Shown: in pieces, positions 11,251 through 25,495 of the stretch | Numbering within the stretch: position 1 is the stretch's first letter | How the letters are laid out: every line of letters starts with the position of its first letter | NCBI RefSeq assembly: GCF_058153355.1 | Contig: NZ_CM177019.1 | Strand: one strand, 5' to 3' | DNA length: 64,000 nucleotides | Position numbers and translations under genes: made by a program | Notes under the pieces: model-generated | Told to the model about the DNA's origin: nothing | Seen by the model: only the letters and a program-made list of their open reading frames with translations | Databases searched by the model: none

Positions 11251-11901
11251 TTACATAAAGTACGGCTTGTCGCCGTCGGTACCGGGCTGATTAACACCGA
11301 TATTTTCACCAATATGTTTTTCAGGTTTATCAATCATATCGGCGATTAATGCGGCGACGCTTTTGCGGGATACAACCGTGCCTTTGAACGGCTCATTGCG
11401 GGTAGTGAGTTCATAATCAATCGTATCTTCATCGGTCAGCCAGGCCGGACGCAGGATGGTGTAATCCAGCCCGGAGGCTTCAATCGCATCAGCCGCGCGG
11501 CGGAATGGCCTGAGCGGTTCGCCAATAATGGCGTTATTCCACTCGCCGAATTTTCCCGGGACTTCATCATAAATACCGAGCGAAAGGACGAAAATCAGAC
11601 GTCTTACGCCAGCGGCTTTCATCGCTGCAATCACCGCCTTCGCCTGAAGATCTAAATCCTCCCCGGTCAGATTGGCGTAAACCACATCCTGACCCACCAT
11701 GGCCTGTTCCAGTGCCGCATGGTTTAGCACATCGCCCATGATAATCCGGCTATTGGCCGGATGTGGTTTGTGTATTTTGACCGGCTGACGGGCAAATAAT
11801 GTCTGTGTGACGCCAGGTTTATCCGCCAGTTGATCGATAACATGGCGGGCAATCTGCCCGCTGGCACCAAGCACCAGGACTTTTTGAATGATGTTTTTCA
11901 C
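11251..11901 (-). CDS. NAD(P)H-binding (NmrA/atypical SDR-like) oxidoreductase
   Basis: 216 aa; N-terminal VLVLGASGQIARHV Rossmann motif. Confidence 0.7.
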   Translation of the reverse strand: MKNIIQKVLVLGASGQIARHVIDQLADKPGVTQTLFARQPVKIHKPHPANSRIIMGDVLNHAALEQAMVGQDVVYANLTGEDLDLQAKAVIAAMKAAGVRRLIFVLSLGIYDEVPGKFGEWNNAIIGEPLRPFRRAADAIEASGLDYTILRPAWLTDEDTIDYELTTRNEPFKGTVVSRKSVAALIADMIDKPEKHIGENIGVNQPGTDGDKPYFM

Positions 11902-11907
11902 AGGGCA

Positions 11908-12840
11908 TTACTCCAGGTGTGCGGCAAAGAACGGAAGCACTTTTGACATCGCTTCACGAACCGCTTCTGGATTGTCATACAGTTCGTAATGCGAATAATC
12001 GGCTAATGAGACCAGCTGACGGTCACGGGAAACTGCAGCCCGTCCATAGATTTCCAGACCATCACGGTAAGCTCCGAAAGCGCCCACTTTTTCGCCGACC
12101 ACCACCATCACCGGCTGAGTCAGCAATACTTCGGCAAAAGCAAAGGCATCCCAGGCCAGCGTTTTCTGCGCATGAGAGAACACCATTCGCGTTGCCCCGC
12201 CTGGCTGCTGGCCACGTGGCGTTTTGTAGTAGTCTGTTGCCTCAAATACGTCACGCTCAGTCAGTCCACTGGCCTTTGCCATTTCCGGGCTGGCGGGGAA
12301 CAGTTCATTAACCTGAACCTCTCCCCCGCGGGCTTCATTCGTACGCTGCGCCGCCATCGCACTCAGTGCACCAATAGGGTCGTAATTGCTGAAACCTTCG
12401 CGGAAAAGCCGGCCGATATTTACGCCGGTGATACTCACCACGGCTTTAATACGTTTCTCCGTCAGTGTGGCATTAATGGCATAACCACCGCCGCCGCAAA
12501 TACCCAGAACGCCAATCCGTTCAGCATCGACATACGGCAGAGTTACGGCGTAATCAATAACGCGACTGATATCTTCCACGCGCTGAGTCGGATCCTCCAC
12601 CCAGCGCGGGGAGCCGCCGGATTCCCCCTGGAAACTGGCGTCATAGGCGATCACAACATAGCCTGCTTCAGCCAGCGCTTTTCCGTAGACATTGCCGGAT
12701 GTCTGTTCCTTACAGCTGCCAAAAGGGTGGACGCTGATAATTGTCGGATACTGTTTTGTTTCATCAAACGCCGGTGGAAACTGAACGCTGGCAGCAATGT
12801 GCCAGGCCATATCGGCATTCTGAATTTGAACATGTTTCAT
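11908..12840 (-). CDS. Dienelactone hydrolase family protein (cytoplasmic paralog 1)
   Basis: 310 aa; GICGGGG Cys nucleophile elbow; start ATG overlaps stop of upstream paralog. Confidence 0.8.
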   Translation of the reverse strand: MKHVQIQNADMAWHIAASVQFPPAFDETKQYPTIISVHPFGSCKEQTSGNVYGKALAEAGYVVIAYDASFQGESGGSPRWVEDPTQRVEDISRVIDYAVTLPYVDAERIGVLGICGGGGYAINATLTEKRIKAVVSITGVNIGRLFREGFSNYDPIGALSAMAAQRTNEARGGEVQVNELFPASPEMAKASGLTERDVFEATDYYKTPRGQQPGGATRMVFSHAQKTLAWDAFAFAEVLLTQPVMVVVGEKVGAFGAYRDGLEIYGRAAVSRDRQLVSLADYSHYELYDNPEAVREAMSKVLPFFAAHLE

Positions 12841-13772
12841 TACAGTGTCTCCTCGAAGAATGGGGCTAATACGGAAACTGCTTCCGCGACGTATGCTTTA
12901 CCGTCATACAAGTCCATATGGTTGGCACCTTCAACAATGTGGTACCGCTTATCCTGGCTTGAGGCGCGATCGTACAGATCGTCGCTCATCCATTTACTTC
13001 CCGCCGCGCTACCCGCAACAATTTGCAGCGGCTGGGTCAGGTAAACCTCCGCCATTTGGTAAGCGTCATAGGTAATGATCTGATTGAGGCTTCGCAGCGT
13101 GGCGTATCCGGGGGCCGTCGGATACTGTGCCCGTGGCGTGTGGTAATACTCCCAGGCCTGACGCAACTCTTCATTTGGAGCATCAGACTCCTTCATGGGA
13201 GCCAGCGGCATGGTGGCATATTCACTGCCGCTGATATCGGTACTACGGGCATTTGAACCGGCTACAACATACGGCAGTGCATCAATGGATTTCACATTGT
13301 TTTCCCAGCCATTACGGAACATCGAGCCGATATTAACGGCACTGACCGTTCCGATGGCCTTGATGCGACGATCCTGAATCGCGGCATTGGCGGTATAGCC
13401 TGCACCGGCGCAAATTCCCATCGCGCCAATTTTCGCGCTGTCGACATAAGGCAGTGTGGTCAGGTAATCAATCACCGCACTGACATCTTCGGTACGGATG
13501 TACGGGTTTTCCAGCTGGCGCGGCTCTCCGCCACTTTCGCCCTGATAAGACGCATCATAAGCCACTGTCACAAACCCTTTTTCTGCCAGCTTTTCGGCAT
13601 AGGTTCCGGCAGTTTGTTCCTTAACGCCACCTCCCGGATGAGAGACCACAATAGCCGGGTACTTGAGGCTTTCATCAAATGCGGGTGGGAAGTAAAGCAC
13701 GGCGGACAAAGAGATTGTCGGGATATTGCTGTTGGTGAAACTGATTTTCTGGTTCATCATCCGGTTCCTCAT
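12840..13772 (-). CDS. Dienelactone hydrolase family protein (cytoplasmic paralog 2)
   Basis: 310 aa; GICAGAG Cys nucleophile elbow; tandem with 11908-12840. Confidence 0.8.
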   Translation of the reverse strand: MRNRMMNQKISFTNSNIPTISLSAVLYFPPAFDESLKYPAIVVSHPGGGVKEQTAGTYAEKLAEKGFVTVAYDASYQGESGGEPRQLENPYIRTEDVSAVIDYLTTLPYVDSAKIGAMGICAGAGYTANAAIQDRRIKAIGTVSAVNIGSMFRNGWENNVKSIDALPYVVAGSNARSTDISGSEYATMPLAPMKESDAPNEELRQAWEYYHTPRAQYPTAPGYATLRSLNQIITYDAYQMAEVYLTQPLQIVAGSAAGSKWMSDDLYDRASSQDKRYHIVEGANHMDLYDGKAYVAEAVSVLAPFFEETL

Positions 13773-13898
13773 TGGGCTGTCGGTTATCTGTCACGCTTGA
13801 TGGGATAACTATAGCCATTGATTATTAAGATGATTAGACCCAAAATAATGATTGGACTTATCATTTAAATGATTAATACATCGGGTGGGGACGCAGAA

Positions 13899-14798
13899 AT
13901 GAAACGCGATGAGATAGCAGATCTGATGGCATTCGTGGCCGTCGCTGAAGAGCGTAGTTTCACCCGGGCTGCCGCCCGTCTTGGTATGGCGCAGTCAGCG
14001 TTAAGCCAGATAGTGCGCCGTACAGAAGAGCGCCTGAATCTGCGGCTTCTGACGCGTACTACACGCAGCGTTGTTCCCACAGAAGCGGGTGAACACCTCT
14101 TGTCTGTTCTTGGCCCAATGCTGCATGACCTGGATTCCGCGCTGACTTCCCTGGGCGATCTTCGCGATCGCCCGTCCGGCACCATACGCATTACCACAGT
14201 GGAACATGCCGCAAAGACCATATTGCTTCCCGCCATGCGTACGCTGTTGAAATCCCATCCTGAAATTGATGTGCAGATCTTCATCGATTATGGCCTTACT
14301 GATGTCGTCTCAGAGCGCTTTGATGCCAGGGTTCGCCTGGGGGGAGAAATGGATAAGGATATGATTGCTGTTCGAATCGGGCCCGATATCCCGATGGCAA
14401 TTGTGGGTGCGCCGGAGTATCTCTCGCGAAGAGGTACCCCTGTGTCTGTGGCGCACCTGGTCGATCATCAGGCTATTAACCTGTACCTTCCTTCATCGGG
14501 CACCGCAAATCGCTGGAGATTAGTGCGCGGAGGGCGCGAAGTCAGGGTTCGCATGGAAGGACAACTTCTATTAAATACGATAGACCTGATCCTCGATGCC
14601 GCTATTGACGGGCACGGCCTCGCGTATCTGCCTTATGATCAGGTTCAGCAGGCTATTGTAGAAAAAAAACTGATCCGCGTTCTGGAGAAATTTACGCCAG
14701 ACTTACCAGGATATCACCTGTACTACCCACACCGCCGCCATGCGGGTTCGGCATTCTCTCTGTTAATTGATGTGCTGAAGTATAAAGGGGATGTTTAA
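13899..14798 (+). CDS. LysR-family transcriptional regulator
   Basis: Start moved to ATG at 13899 (MKRDEIADLMAFVAV..) with GGGG RBS; LysR HTH and effector domain; divergent from hydrolase operon. Confidence 0.85.
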   Translation: MKRDEIADLMAFVAVAEERSFTRAAARLGMAQSALSQIVRRTEERLNLRLLTRTTRSVVPTEAGEHLLSVLGPMLHDLDSALTSLGDLRDRPSGTIRITTVEHAAKTILLPAMRTLLKSHPEIDVQIFIDYGLTDVVSERFDARVRLGGEMDKDMIAVRIGPDIPMAIVGAPEYLSRRGTPVSVAHLVDHQAINLYLPSSGTANRWRLVRGGREVRVRMEGQLLLNTIDLILDAAIDGHGLAYLPYDQVQQAIVEKKLIRVLEKFTPDLPGYHLYYPHRRHAGSAFSLLIDVLKYKGDV

Positions 14799-14951
14799 CT
14801 ATTCTTTTTGATGGTGATTCCAGTCGTTCAGAGAGTACTAATACACCTTTGTGCAACGTCCGCTCCTGGCACAAAGCTGACCATCACCCTCCCTCCAAAT
14901 TAATGAACACATCTAATAAACCCTAGCTAATTACCCTATCTAATTGAATAA

Positions 14952-16867
<1,916 letters not shown>

Positions 16868-16891
16868 TACCCGGACGGGTCTACGGACCCG

Positions 16892-17824
<933 letters not shown>

Positions 17825-17933
17825 TCATGAAGGGTGTTCATAGACACAATCATTTTAGCCCCATTACTGACAATAATGATAATTGATATTCTGGTTGTAT
17901 CGAAAATAAGTCTGAATTATCAGAAGGTTTATC

Positions 17934-18707
17934 ATGAAAATACTCGTTGCAGGGGCGACAGGAAGCATTGGCCTTCATGTCGTGAATACCGCAATTAAAA
18001 TGGGCCATCAGCCCGTCGCGCTGGTCAGAAATAAACGCAAAGTAAAATTGCTTCCTCGTGAAACAGATGTTTTTTACGGCGATATTTCAATGCCGGAAAC
18101 ACTCACCGAATTACCGAAAGATATTGATGCCATCATCTTCACGCTCGGTTCTGATGTCCAGGGGCGTATTGGTGCCAGAGCGATCGATTACGGAGGAGTA
18201 CGTAATATTTTGCGAATATTCAAGGATACACCTGTCCATATCGCCCTGATGACCACGATTGGCGTGACTGAACGACTCAGCACCTGGAATCAACGTACTG
18301 AGGTTCATGACTGGAAAAGACGTGCCGAGCGTCTGGTCAGGGCAAGTGGTCATCCCTATACCATCGTCAGGCCCGGCTGGTTTGATTACAACAATGATAA
18401 TGAGCACAGAATCGTTATGCTTCAGGGAGACAGGCGTCATGCAGGAACACCGGAAGATGGTGTGATATCCCGGGGTCAAATCGCCCAGGTTCTGGTCAAT
18501 GCCCTGACCAACGATGAGGCAAAAAATAAAACGTTCGAGCTAGTGGCTGAGCGAGGCGAAGCACAGCAGGATCTTACCCCACTGTTTGCAGACCTGAAGA
18601 CTGATGATCCACAGAAAAATGATGGGGTTTTGGACATCGACAATATGTCTCTGCGTGAAGAACCTGAGTGCATTATCAAAGAGCTGAACCTGTATTCAAA
18701 AAATTAA
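17934..18707 (+). CDS. NAD(P)H-binding oxidoreductase (NmrA-like)
   Basis: 257 aa; MKILVAGATGSIGLHVV Rossmann motif. Confidence 0.75.
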   Translation: MKILVAGATGSIGLHVVNTAIKMGHQPVALVRNKRKVKLLPRETDVFYGDISMPETLTELPKDIDAIIFTLGSDVQGRIGARAIDYGGVRNILRIFKDTPVHIALMTTIGVTERLSTWNQRTEVHDWKRRAERLVRASGHPYTIVRPGWFDYNNDNEHRIVMLQGDRRHAGTPEDGVISRGQIAQVLVNALTNDEAKNKTFELVAERGEAQQDLTPLFADLKTDDPQKNDGVLDIDNMSLREEPECIIKELNLYSKN

Positions 18708-18848
18708 ACAATCTACAACCCTGACAATTTTGTCATATAGCAGTCAGCCTCATGACAGCTTAAGTCTGTATATTTGAATGTACAGAGGGGGATAGTTCCC
18801 CTGATACGAGCCCAGTTTCAAACACAAATTTTAAAAAAGGTATTAGAT

Positions 18849-19100
18849 ATGAAATCACTACTTATTACTTCATTGGTCATGGGATTTATTACAGTGAATA
18901 CCGCATCTGCCGCTCAGGAAATTAACCATGCAGATGGGAAAGAAAAGATCGGTGTAATATCAGCCAGCAATGCCTATACGCTTGATGATTTATCGAATGC
19001 GCTCTCTCGTAAGGCTGATGAGCAAGGAGCAACGTCGTTCAAAATTCTGTCAACCACGGGGAATAACCGGTTACACGGGGTTGCTGAAATATATAAGTAA
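18849..19100 (+). CDS. DUF1471 (YdgH/BhsA/McbA-family) small periplasmic stress protein
   Basis: Start moved to MKSLLITSLVMGFITVNTASA signal peptide; C-terminal GATSFKILSTTGNNRLHGVAEIYK matches the BhsA-type domain. Confidence 0.6.
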   Translation: MKSLLITSLVMGFITVNTASAAQEINHADGKEKIGVISASNAYTLDDLSNALSRKADEQGATSFKILSTTGNNRLHGVAEIYK

Positions 19101-19156
19101 ATCATTAGCATCCTGAGCAGGATGTGTCTCAGCCCTCTTATAGCGAGCGTCGTTCT

Positions 19157-19498
19157 ATGTTTAGAACAGAAGACATCATCGACGAGATAACTCAATGGAT
19201 TGATTCAAACTTACATAAACCGATGAAGATAGAGGATGTTGCTGCGCGGGCAGGATACTCCAAGTGGCATCTTCAGCGGATTTTTGTACAGGTAAAAGAA
19301 GTTAGTCTTGGGAAGTACATAAGAGATACGAAACTTAGACTAGCAGCAAAAGATCTTATCGAGACTAATGAGCCAGTGATGGTTATCGCCTTTAAATATG
19401 GATTCGATTCACAACAAACTTTTACTCGGGTTTTCTCTAAAAAATATAAATTGCCACCATTGAAATATAGAAACGCGGAAAAGAGAAAAAAACATTAA
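19157..19498 (+). CDS. AraC-family regulator of the MarA/SoxS/RamA type
   Basis: Start moved to ATG 19157; ~113 aa two-HTH protein (AARAGYSKWHLQRIF ... FKYGFDSQQTFTRVF). Confidence 0.7.
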   Translation: MFRTEDIIDEITQWIDSNLHKPMKIEDVAARAGYSKWHLQRIFVQVKEVSLGKYIRDTKLRLAAKDLIETNEPVMVIAFKYGFDSQQTFTRVFSKKYKLPPLKYRNAEKRKKH

Positions 19499-19878
19499 CA
19501 GTTCAAAGTTATCACCCTTACGTAACATAACCAGAATAATAATATATTCCAGCATCAAAAGTTGACGTTTTTTTGGTCTGGAAGCTTCTTGTTCGGAACA
19601 AAGCTCTGCCTGGTTTTTAACATACAATGTCTAGACCATGACCTTCAGCCATTACACATCAGCCAAAATATCGAACAGAACCAGATCGATATCCAATCAT
19701 TTCCCCCTCGTGGCAAGCCATTAACTTTTAGATATGTTATTTACTCTTGCAGTCGATTCATGGCACTCAGCAGACAAGCTACCTGAGATGAAGATCAGCT
19801 GCGAGTAAGGAGAAGACATAGACAGGAGGATGCTGATAATATTTCCCCATTGGATTACCGTTTCCAACAGGGGTATGA

Positions 19879-20436
19879 ATGGAATACCAAACTTCATTGC
19901 AGAAAATATTGTCAGATGACCCTGTGAGAATGAAGATTCTCTATGCAGTCCAAGCACTGGAACTCAATGATAGCTGGATTGGGGCGGGATTCGTACGGAA
20001 CGCTGTTTGGGATCACTTTCATGAATATGGGCTAAGCCCTGTTTCTGGTGATGTCGATGTTGTCTGGTTTGACTGCGAATACTGTAACCCAGACCATGAT
20101 CGTTACCTTGAAGACACGCTTAGGCAACAACTACCTTCGTTTGACTGGTCGGTGAAGAATCAAGCCAGAATGCATCAACGTAATGGTGATTCTCCCTATA
20201 CGTCAACGACAAATGCTTTACTGCACTGGCCTGAAACAGCTACGGCTGTAGCTGTCAGATTGGGTAAGAACGGTCTCGATATCACTGCGCCTTATGGACT
20301 TTCTGACTTATTTGAACTGCGTTTACGACCAACTCCTGCATTTGAACGTGAAAAGTTGGGTACTTTTAAACAACGGGTCACTACGAAGCAATGGTTGGAA
20401 CGTTATCCCAGGTTACAACTCACCGTTTCCTTATAA
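19879..20436 (+). CDS. Nucleotidyltransferase-family protein (DUF925-like)
   Basis: 185 aa; GAGFVRNAVWD ... GDVDVVWFD pattern typical of minimal Pol-beta-fold nucleotidyltransferases; assignment from memory. Confidence 0.5.
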   Translation: MEYQTSLQKILSDDPVRMKILYAVQALELNDSWIGAGFVRNAVWDHFHEYGLSPVSGDVDVVWFDCEYCNPDHDRYLEDTLRQQLPSFDWSVKNQARMHQRNGDSPYTSTTNALLHWPETATAVAVRLGKNGLDITAPYGLSDLFELRLRPTPAFEREKLGTFKQRVTTKQWLERYPRLQLTVSL

Positions 20437-20629
20437 TCTAGATATACAAATATCCCGGTTCTTGCGGTTCGATTGTCTGATTGACCGTTCGCACCAGACA
20501 TGAAGTGTACGGACTGACTGGCTGAGCAGTAGGTTTGCTATGAGCGTGGAGCAGACGTTAGTCTGAATACTCGATGATATACTTCACCACAGAAATATCC
20601 ATTTTATAAGAACCGATACTTTAATTACT

Positions 20630-20989
20630 TCATAAATCAGCACATTCTAGATTTCCAAGTTTCTGAATTACAGAATCTGGATTCGCACAGGCATACTCCA
20701 TGACACTTAACCAAACGATTTTTTGTTTCGGGAATCCGTTGTGGTAAAACTGATACCTCAGGCCGGGGGCACAGATGAGAAGAGCAGGATCTCGTGCCAT
20801 CAACATCTCAATGTCCGATTCAGTATCGTCAGCAAGAACACTCCAATCTAGCTGTAAACTATTCAGCTCACTTTGAAGAGCCTGAATGTATTTCTCAGTT
20901 AGAGAATATGGGAAATAGCCTCTAAGCAATGGCGAACGGCCTAGTGTAGGGCTGGGGCTATGGATAAAGTAAACGACCTTATTTGTCAT
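20630..20989 (-). CDS. Hypothetical protein, possible degenerate PTS EIIB (lactose/cellobiose type)-like fold
   Basis: 119 aa with perfect AAGGAG RBS; weak resemblance to ChbB-type EIIB but lacks the active-site Cys. Confidence 0.3.
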   Translation of the reverse strand: MTNKVVYFIHSPSPTLGRSPLLRGYFPYSLTEKYIQALQSELNSLQLDWSVLADDTESDIEMLMARDPALLICAPGLRYQFYHNGFPKQKIVWLSVMEYACANPDSVIQKLGNLECADL

Positions 20990-21292
20990 TGTTCTCCTTG
21001 TTTATGTTTATACAGCTATTAGTTGGTAACGAACTAACGGTTTGCCTCTACTTTCAGTGCTTTGGCGAACAATATTATATCTCATGTAAAAAGTATAACT
21101 TTTAGCCAATTGATATGCCAACGTCCACTCCTGGCACTAAGCAGGCTGTCAGACGAAAGTGTAACGTTTCAAAAGTAAGCGTAAATGCAAATCAGTACAA
21201 AAAAAATTACTGTGGTTGAACTCCTCCAGAACGGAGGAGCTAAGCTTTAGATTTCACGCTACCTACTGATAAGAACCAATTTAAGGTTCGTA

Positions 21293-22488
21293 TCATAAGG
21301 CCATGATTACTTTATATTTTCCAATGTTATCAATATAATCCGCATACCACTGCATCATCTCCCTACGTCCTTCCAAATACAACGCATGGTTATACGTCCC
21401 ACGAATCGCATTCTTATCAACGTGAGCCAGCTGGGTTTCAATCCACGCTGTATTGAACCCTTCCTCATGCAAAATCGTACTCATCGTGTGGCGGAAACCA
21501 TGCCCCGTGACCCTCCCCGTGTATCCAATCCGCTTAAACACCTGATTAATACTCGCTTCGCTCATTGTTTTGCGAGGGTCATTCCTCCCAGGAAACACTA
21601 GGGGATACTGTCCAGACATCACTTTGAGTTGCTGTACGATTTCCAGCGCTTGGGTAGAGAGGGGCACCAGATGAGACCGTTTCATCTTCATACGCTCTGC
21701 AGGTATTTCCCACACCGCTTTTTCAAGATCAAACTCACTCCAGAAAGCACCTCGAAGCTCGCCGGTGCGAACTCCCGTAAGGATCAGCAGCCGAGCGGCA
21801 AGAACAACTAGCGGGCTTCCTGTATAGCTGGATAGGGCTTTAAAGAAGTCTGGTAACTCTTCAACAGTCAGGAAGGGATATGTTTCGATTCATGCCCTGA
21901 CATCGCGCTGGTTATATCCGCGGCAGGATTGTATTCCGCACGACCAGTAACTATGGCGTAACGAAAGACTTCGCTGCAGCGCTGGCGAACCTTTTTGGCC
22001 TTCTCTGTCGCGCCACGGCTTTCCATTCGACGTAGCACATTAAGCAGAACCAGCGGTTTGATTTCATTCACCGGCAGTTGACCGATATAGGGGAAAATAT
22101 CTTTATTAAAGGCCTCCAGAATGTCAGAAGCATACCCTTCTGACCACCGGCTCACCTTCGTACCGTGCCATTCAAGCGCCACAGCCTGAAACGTATTATT
22201 GAGTTGCACATCGCGAACCAGCTTTTCTTCTTTCTTGGCGAAAGACGGATCGATGCCCTCGGCCAGCTTTTTCTTGGCTTCATCGCGTAGTGCCCTCGCT
22301 TGTACAAGGGACACTGCTGGATAGACACTAAAAGCCATACGCTTCTCTTTTCCATAGAAGCGATACTTCATCCGCCAGTATCTGGAACCAGGGGGAACAA
22401 CCTCAAGATACAAACCAGCACCATCCGCCAGCTTATAGGCTTTCTCTCTGGGTTTAGCAGCGTCTACCTGTCGTGCATTAAGCTTCAT
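21293..22488 (-). pseudogene. P4-type tyrosine integrase, disrupted (N-terminal and catalytic parts in different frames)
   Basis: N-terminal ORF 21868-22488 (DUF4102/SAM-like arm-binding) and C-terminal ORF 21293-21715 (HGFRHT, LAH, Y catalytic residues) separated by a frame break; adjacent to tRNA-Thr 3-prime end. Confidence 0.7.
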
Positions 22489-22650
22489 TGGGGCATCTCC
22501 CTGGACCGAACATAGAATCCCCCCACTAATGCCCCCAACTGCAACTTGATTTCGGTTGAGTCCAGTTGATAACAGGAGACAAGATACGAGCCAGAAACCA
22601 CAGTGTACGGGCTTTTAGTTGATTTCGGTAGACTTGGGAAGAGTTTGAAA

Positions 22651-22726
22651 TGGTGCCGATAATAGGAGTCGAACCTACGACCTTCGCATTACGAATGCGC
22701 TGCTCTACCAACTGAGCTATATCGGC
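22651..22726 (-). tRNA. thrW: tRNA-Thr (anticodon CGU)
   Basis: 76-nt cloverleaf GCCGATATAGCTCAGTTGGTAGAGCAGCGCATTCGTAATGCGAAGGTCGTAGGTTCGACTCCTATTATCGGCACCA read on minus strand; CCA end faces integrase. Confidence 0.9.
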
Positions 22727-22840
22727 CCTGAAAGGACATGTTCACGAGCGTGAATCACGGTGGACAAGGTTAAAACTAACCGGGCGATGCGTCAATGGCC
22801 TTGTGAATCAAATGGCTACTTTTGCATCACCCGGTTTTAT

Positions 22841-24094
22841 TTACGCACGAATGGTGTAATCACCAATGCCGATCCACTTGTAGGTGGTCAGAGCTTCCAG
22901 CCCCATTGGGCCGCGCGCGTGGAGTTTTTGTGTGCTTACCGCAACTTCCGCCCCCAGACCAAACTGGCCGCCGTCGGTAAACCGCGTAGAGGCGTTAACG
23001 TAAACAGCGGAGGAGTCCACTTCGTTGACAAAACGCTGGGCATTACGCATATCGCGGGTCAGGATCGCATCGGAGTGTTGCGTACCGTGTTCACGAATAT
23101 GGGCGATGGCATCGTCAAGATCGCTGACGATTTTGACGTTCAAGTCTAATGACAGGAACTCATCGTCATACTCTTCGGCTTTAACAGCCACCACCTTCGC
23201 TGGGCCTGCCTGCAACTGCGCCAGCGCAGTTGCGTCAGCGTGTAATGTCACGCCGCTTTCCGCCATTTGCTTGCTTAATGCGGGCAGGAAGCTATCTGCG
23301 ATGTTTTTATTTACCAGCAACGTTTCTACCGTATTACACGTGCTCGGGCGCTGAGTTTTCGCGTTGACAATCACTTTCAATGCTTCAGCGATCTCTGCAC
23401 TTTCATCAACGTAAATATGGCATACGCCTATACCACCTGTGATTACCGGAATCGTCGACTGCTCGCGGCACAGTTTATGCAACCCAGCCCCGCCGCGTGG
23501 GATCAGCATGTCGATGTATTTATCCATACGCAGCAGTTCACTGACCAGCGCACGGTCAGGATTATCAATCGCCTGCACGGTACCCGCCGGTAAACCGCAG
23601 GAATTCAGAGCATCCTGAATCACCGCTACTGTTGCAGCGTTAGTGCGACAGGTTTCTTTGCCGCCGCGCAGGATCACTGCGTTACCGGTTTTCAGGCACA
23701 GTGAAGCAACATCAACCGTCACGTTCGGGCGCGCTTCATAAATTACACCAATCACCCCCAGCGGTACGCGACGACGCTCCAGACGCAGGCCGCTGTCCAG
23801 CTCCCCGCCATCAATTACCTGCCCCACCGGATCAGCGAGGTTACACACCTGGCGCACATCATCGGCAATGCTTTTCAGCCGTGCGGGCGTCAGTGCCAGG
23901 CGGTCAAGCATCGCTTCGCTAAGGCCATTGGCACGCGCGTCAGCAACATCCTGGGCGTTAGCATTGAGGATGCTTTCGCTTTGTGCTTCCAGTTCATCGG
24001 CGATTTTTTCCAGCACGCGATTTTTTTCGCGGCTGGAGAGTTGCGCTAATTTATACGAGGCTTGCTTCGCGGAAATGCCCATTTGTTCCAGCAT
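22841..24094 (-). CDS. proA: Gamma-glutamyl phosphate reductase
   Basis: 417 aa, near-identical to E. coli ProA ([26 protein letters not shown]). Confidence 0.95.
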   Translation of the reverse strand: MLEQMGISAKQASYKLAQLSSREKNRVLEKIADELEAQSESILNANAQDVADARANGLSEAMLDRLALTPARLKSIADDVRQVCNLADPVGQVIDGGELDSGLRLERRRVPLGVIGVIYEARPNVTVDVASLCLKTGNAVILRGGKETCRTNAATVAVIQDALNSCGLPAGTVQAIDNPDRALVSELLRMDKYIDMLIPRGGAGLHKLCREQSTIPVITGGIGVCHIYVDESAEIAEALKVIVNAKTQRPSTCNTVETLLVNKNIADSFLPALSKQMAESGVTLHADATALAQLQAGPAKVVAVKAEEYDDEFLSLDLNVKIVSDLDDAIAHIREHGTQHSDAILTRDMRNAQRFVNEVDSSAVYVNASTRFTDGGQFGLGAEVAVSTQKLHARGPMGLEALTTYKWIGIGDYTIRA

Positions 24095-24104
24095 CGGCTG
24101 CTCC

Positions 24105-25208
24105 TTAACGGGTAATCATATCATCACGGTGAACGGCAACCGGGCCGTATTCATATCCCAGTATTGCATCAATTTCTTGCGAGTGGTGTCCGGCAATACG
24201 GCGTAATGCATCGCTGTTGTAACGACTGACGCCGTGGGCGATATCGCGACCTTCGAGGTTGCAAATGCGGATGACTTCACCACGCGAGAAATTGCCAGTC
24301 ACGCTTTTGATGCCTTTCGGCAACAGGGAGCTACCGCGTTCAAGAATGGCGGCGGTTGCCCCTTCATCTACCGTGATTTCACCCGCAGGCGGCGCACCGA
24401 AAATCCAACGTTTGCGGTTTTCAAGCGGAGTCGCCTGGGCATGGAACAGCGTACCGACGGAAATACCTTCCATCACATCACCAATGACACCCGGCTTACT
24501 GCCCGCGGCAATAATGGTGTCGATACCCGCGCGGCAAGCCACGTCAGCGGCCTGCAATTTGGTGCTCATGCCGCCGGTTCCAAGACCTGAAACGCTATCA
24601 CCGGCAATCGCGCGCAGTGCGTCATCAATGCCGTACACATCTTTAATCAGTTCTGCCTGCGGATTGCTACGCGGATCAGCGGTATACAAACCTTTTTGAT
24701 CGGTCAGCAACAACAGTTTATCGGCACCCGCCAGAATCGCCGCCAGCGCCGAAAGGTTATCGTTATCGCCGACTTTAATCTCTGCAGTAGCGACAGCATC
24801 GTTCTCATTGATTACCGGAACGATGTTGTTATCGAGCAGCGCACGCAAGGTGTCGCGGGCGTTCAGGAAGCGTTCACGGTCTTCCATATCAGCACGAGTT
24901 AGCAGCATCTGCCCGACGTGAATGCCATAAATCGAAAACAGCTGTTCCCACAGTTGAATCAGTCGACTCTGCCCTACCGCCGCCAGAAGTTGTTTCGAGG
25001 CGATAGTCGCTGGCAGTTCCGGGTAACCCAGGTGCTCACGTCCGGCGGCAATCGCCCCCGACGTCACAATTACAATCCGATGCCCGGCGGCATGTAGCTG
25101 CGCACACTGGCGAACAAGTTCAACGATATGGGCACGGTTCAGGCGGCGCGATCCGCCTGTTAGCACACTGGTGCCGAGTTTTACCACCAGCGTCTGGCTG
25201 TCACTCAT
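24105..25208 (-). CDS. proB: Glutamate 5-kinase
   Basis: Start moved to [16 protein letters not shown] (track start is an upstream alternative codon); 367 aa as in E. coli ProB. Confidence 0.95.
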
Positions 25209-25396
25209 GATTCTCTGCCATTCAATTTTAGGGAAAATGATATCAAACGAACGTTTTAGCAGGACTGTCGCCGGTTGCCAACCATCTGCGAGCAAAGCAT
25301 GGCGTTTTGTTGCGCGGGATCAGCAAGCGTAGCGGCAGTTGTTTACGCTTTTATTACAGATTTAATAAATTACCACATTTTAAGAATATCATTAAT

Positions 25397-25422
25397 CTGT
25401 AATATATCTTTAACAATCTCAG
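25397..25422 (+). promoter_or_regulatory. Pho box (PhoB binding site) of the phoE promoter
   Basis: CTGTAATATATCTTTAACAATCTCAG about 75-100 bp upstream of phoE, matching the known Pho box arrangement. Confidence 0.5.
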
Positions 25423-25495
25423 GTTAAAAACTTTCCTGTTTTCAACGGGGCTCTCCCGCTGAATATTCGCGCGTTAATTAAAATCAGGAATGAAA

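Noticed and set aside
22526-22711. 61-aa ORF on the minus strand
   Set aside because: Overlaps the tRNA-Thr gene almost entirely; an artefact of six-frame translation.
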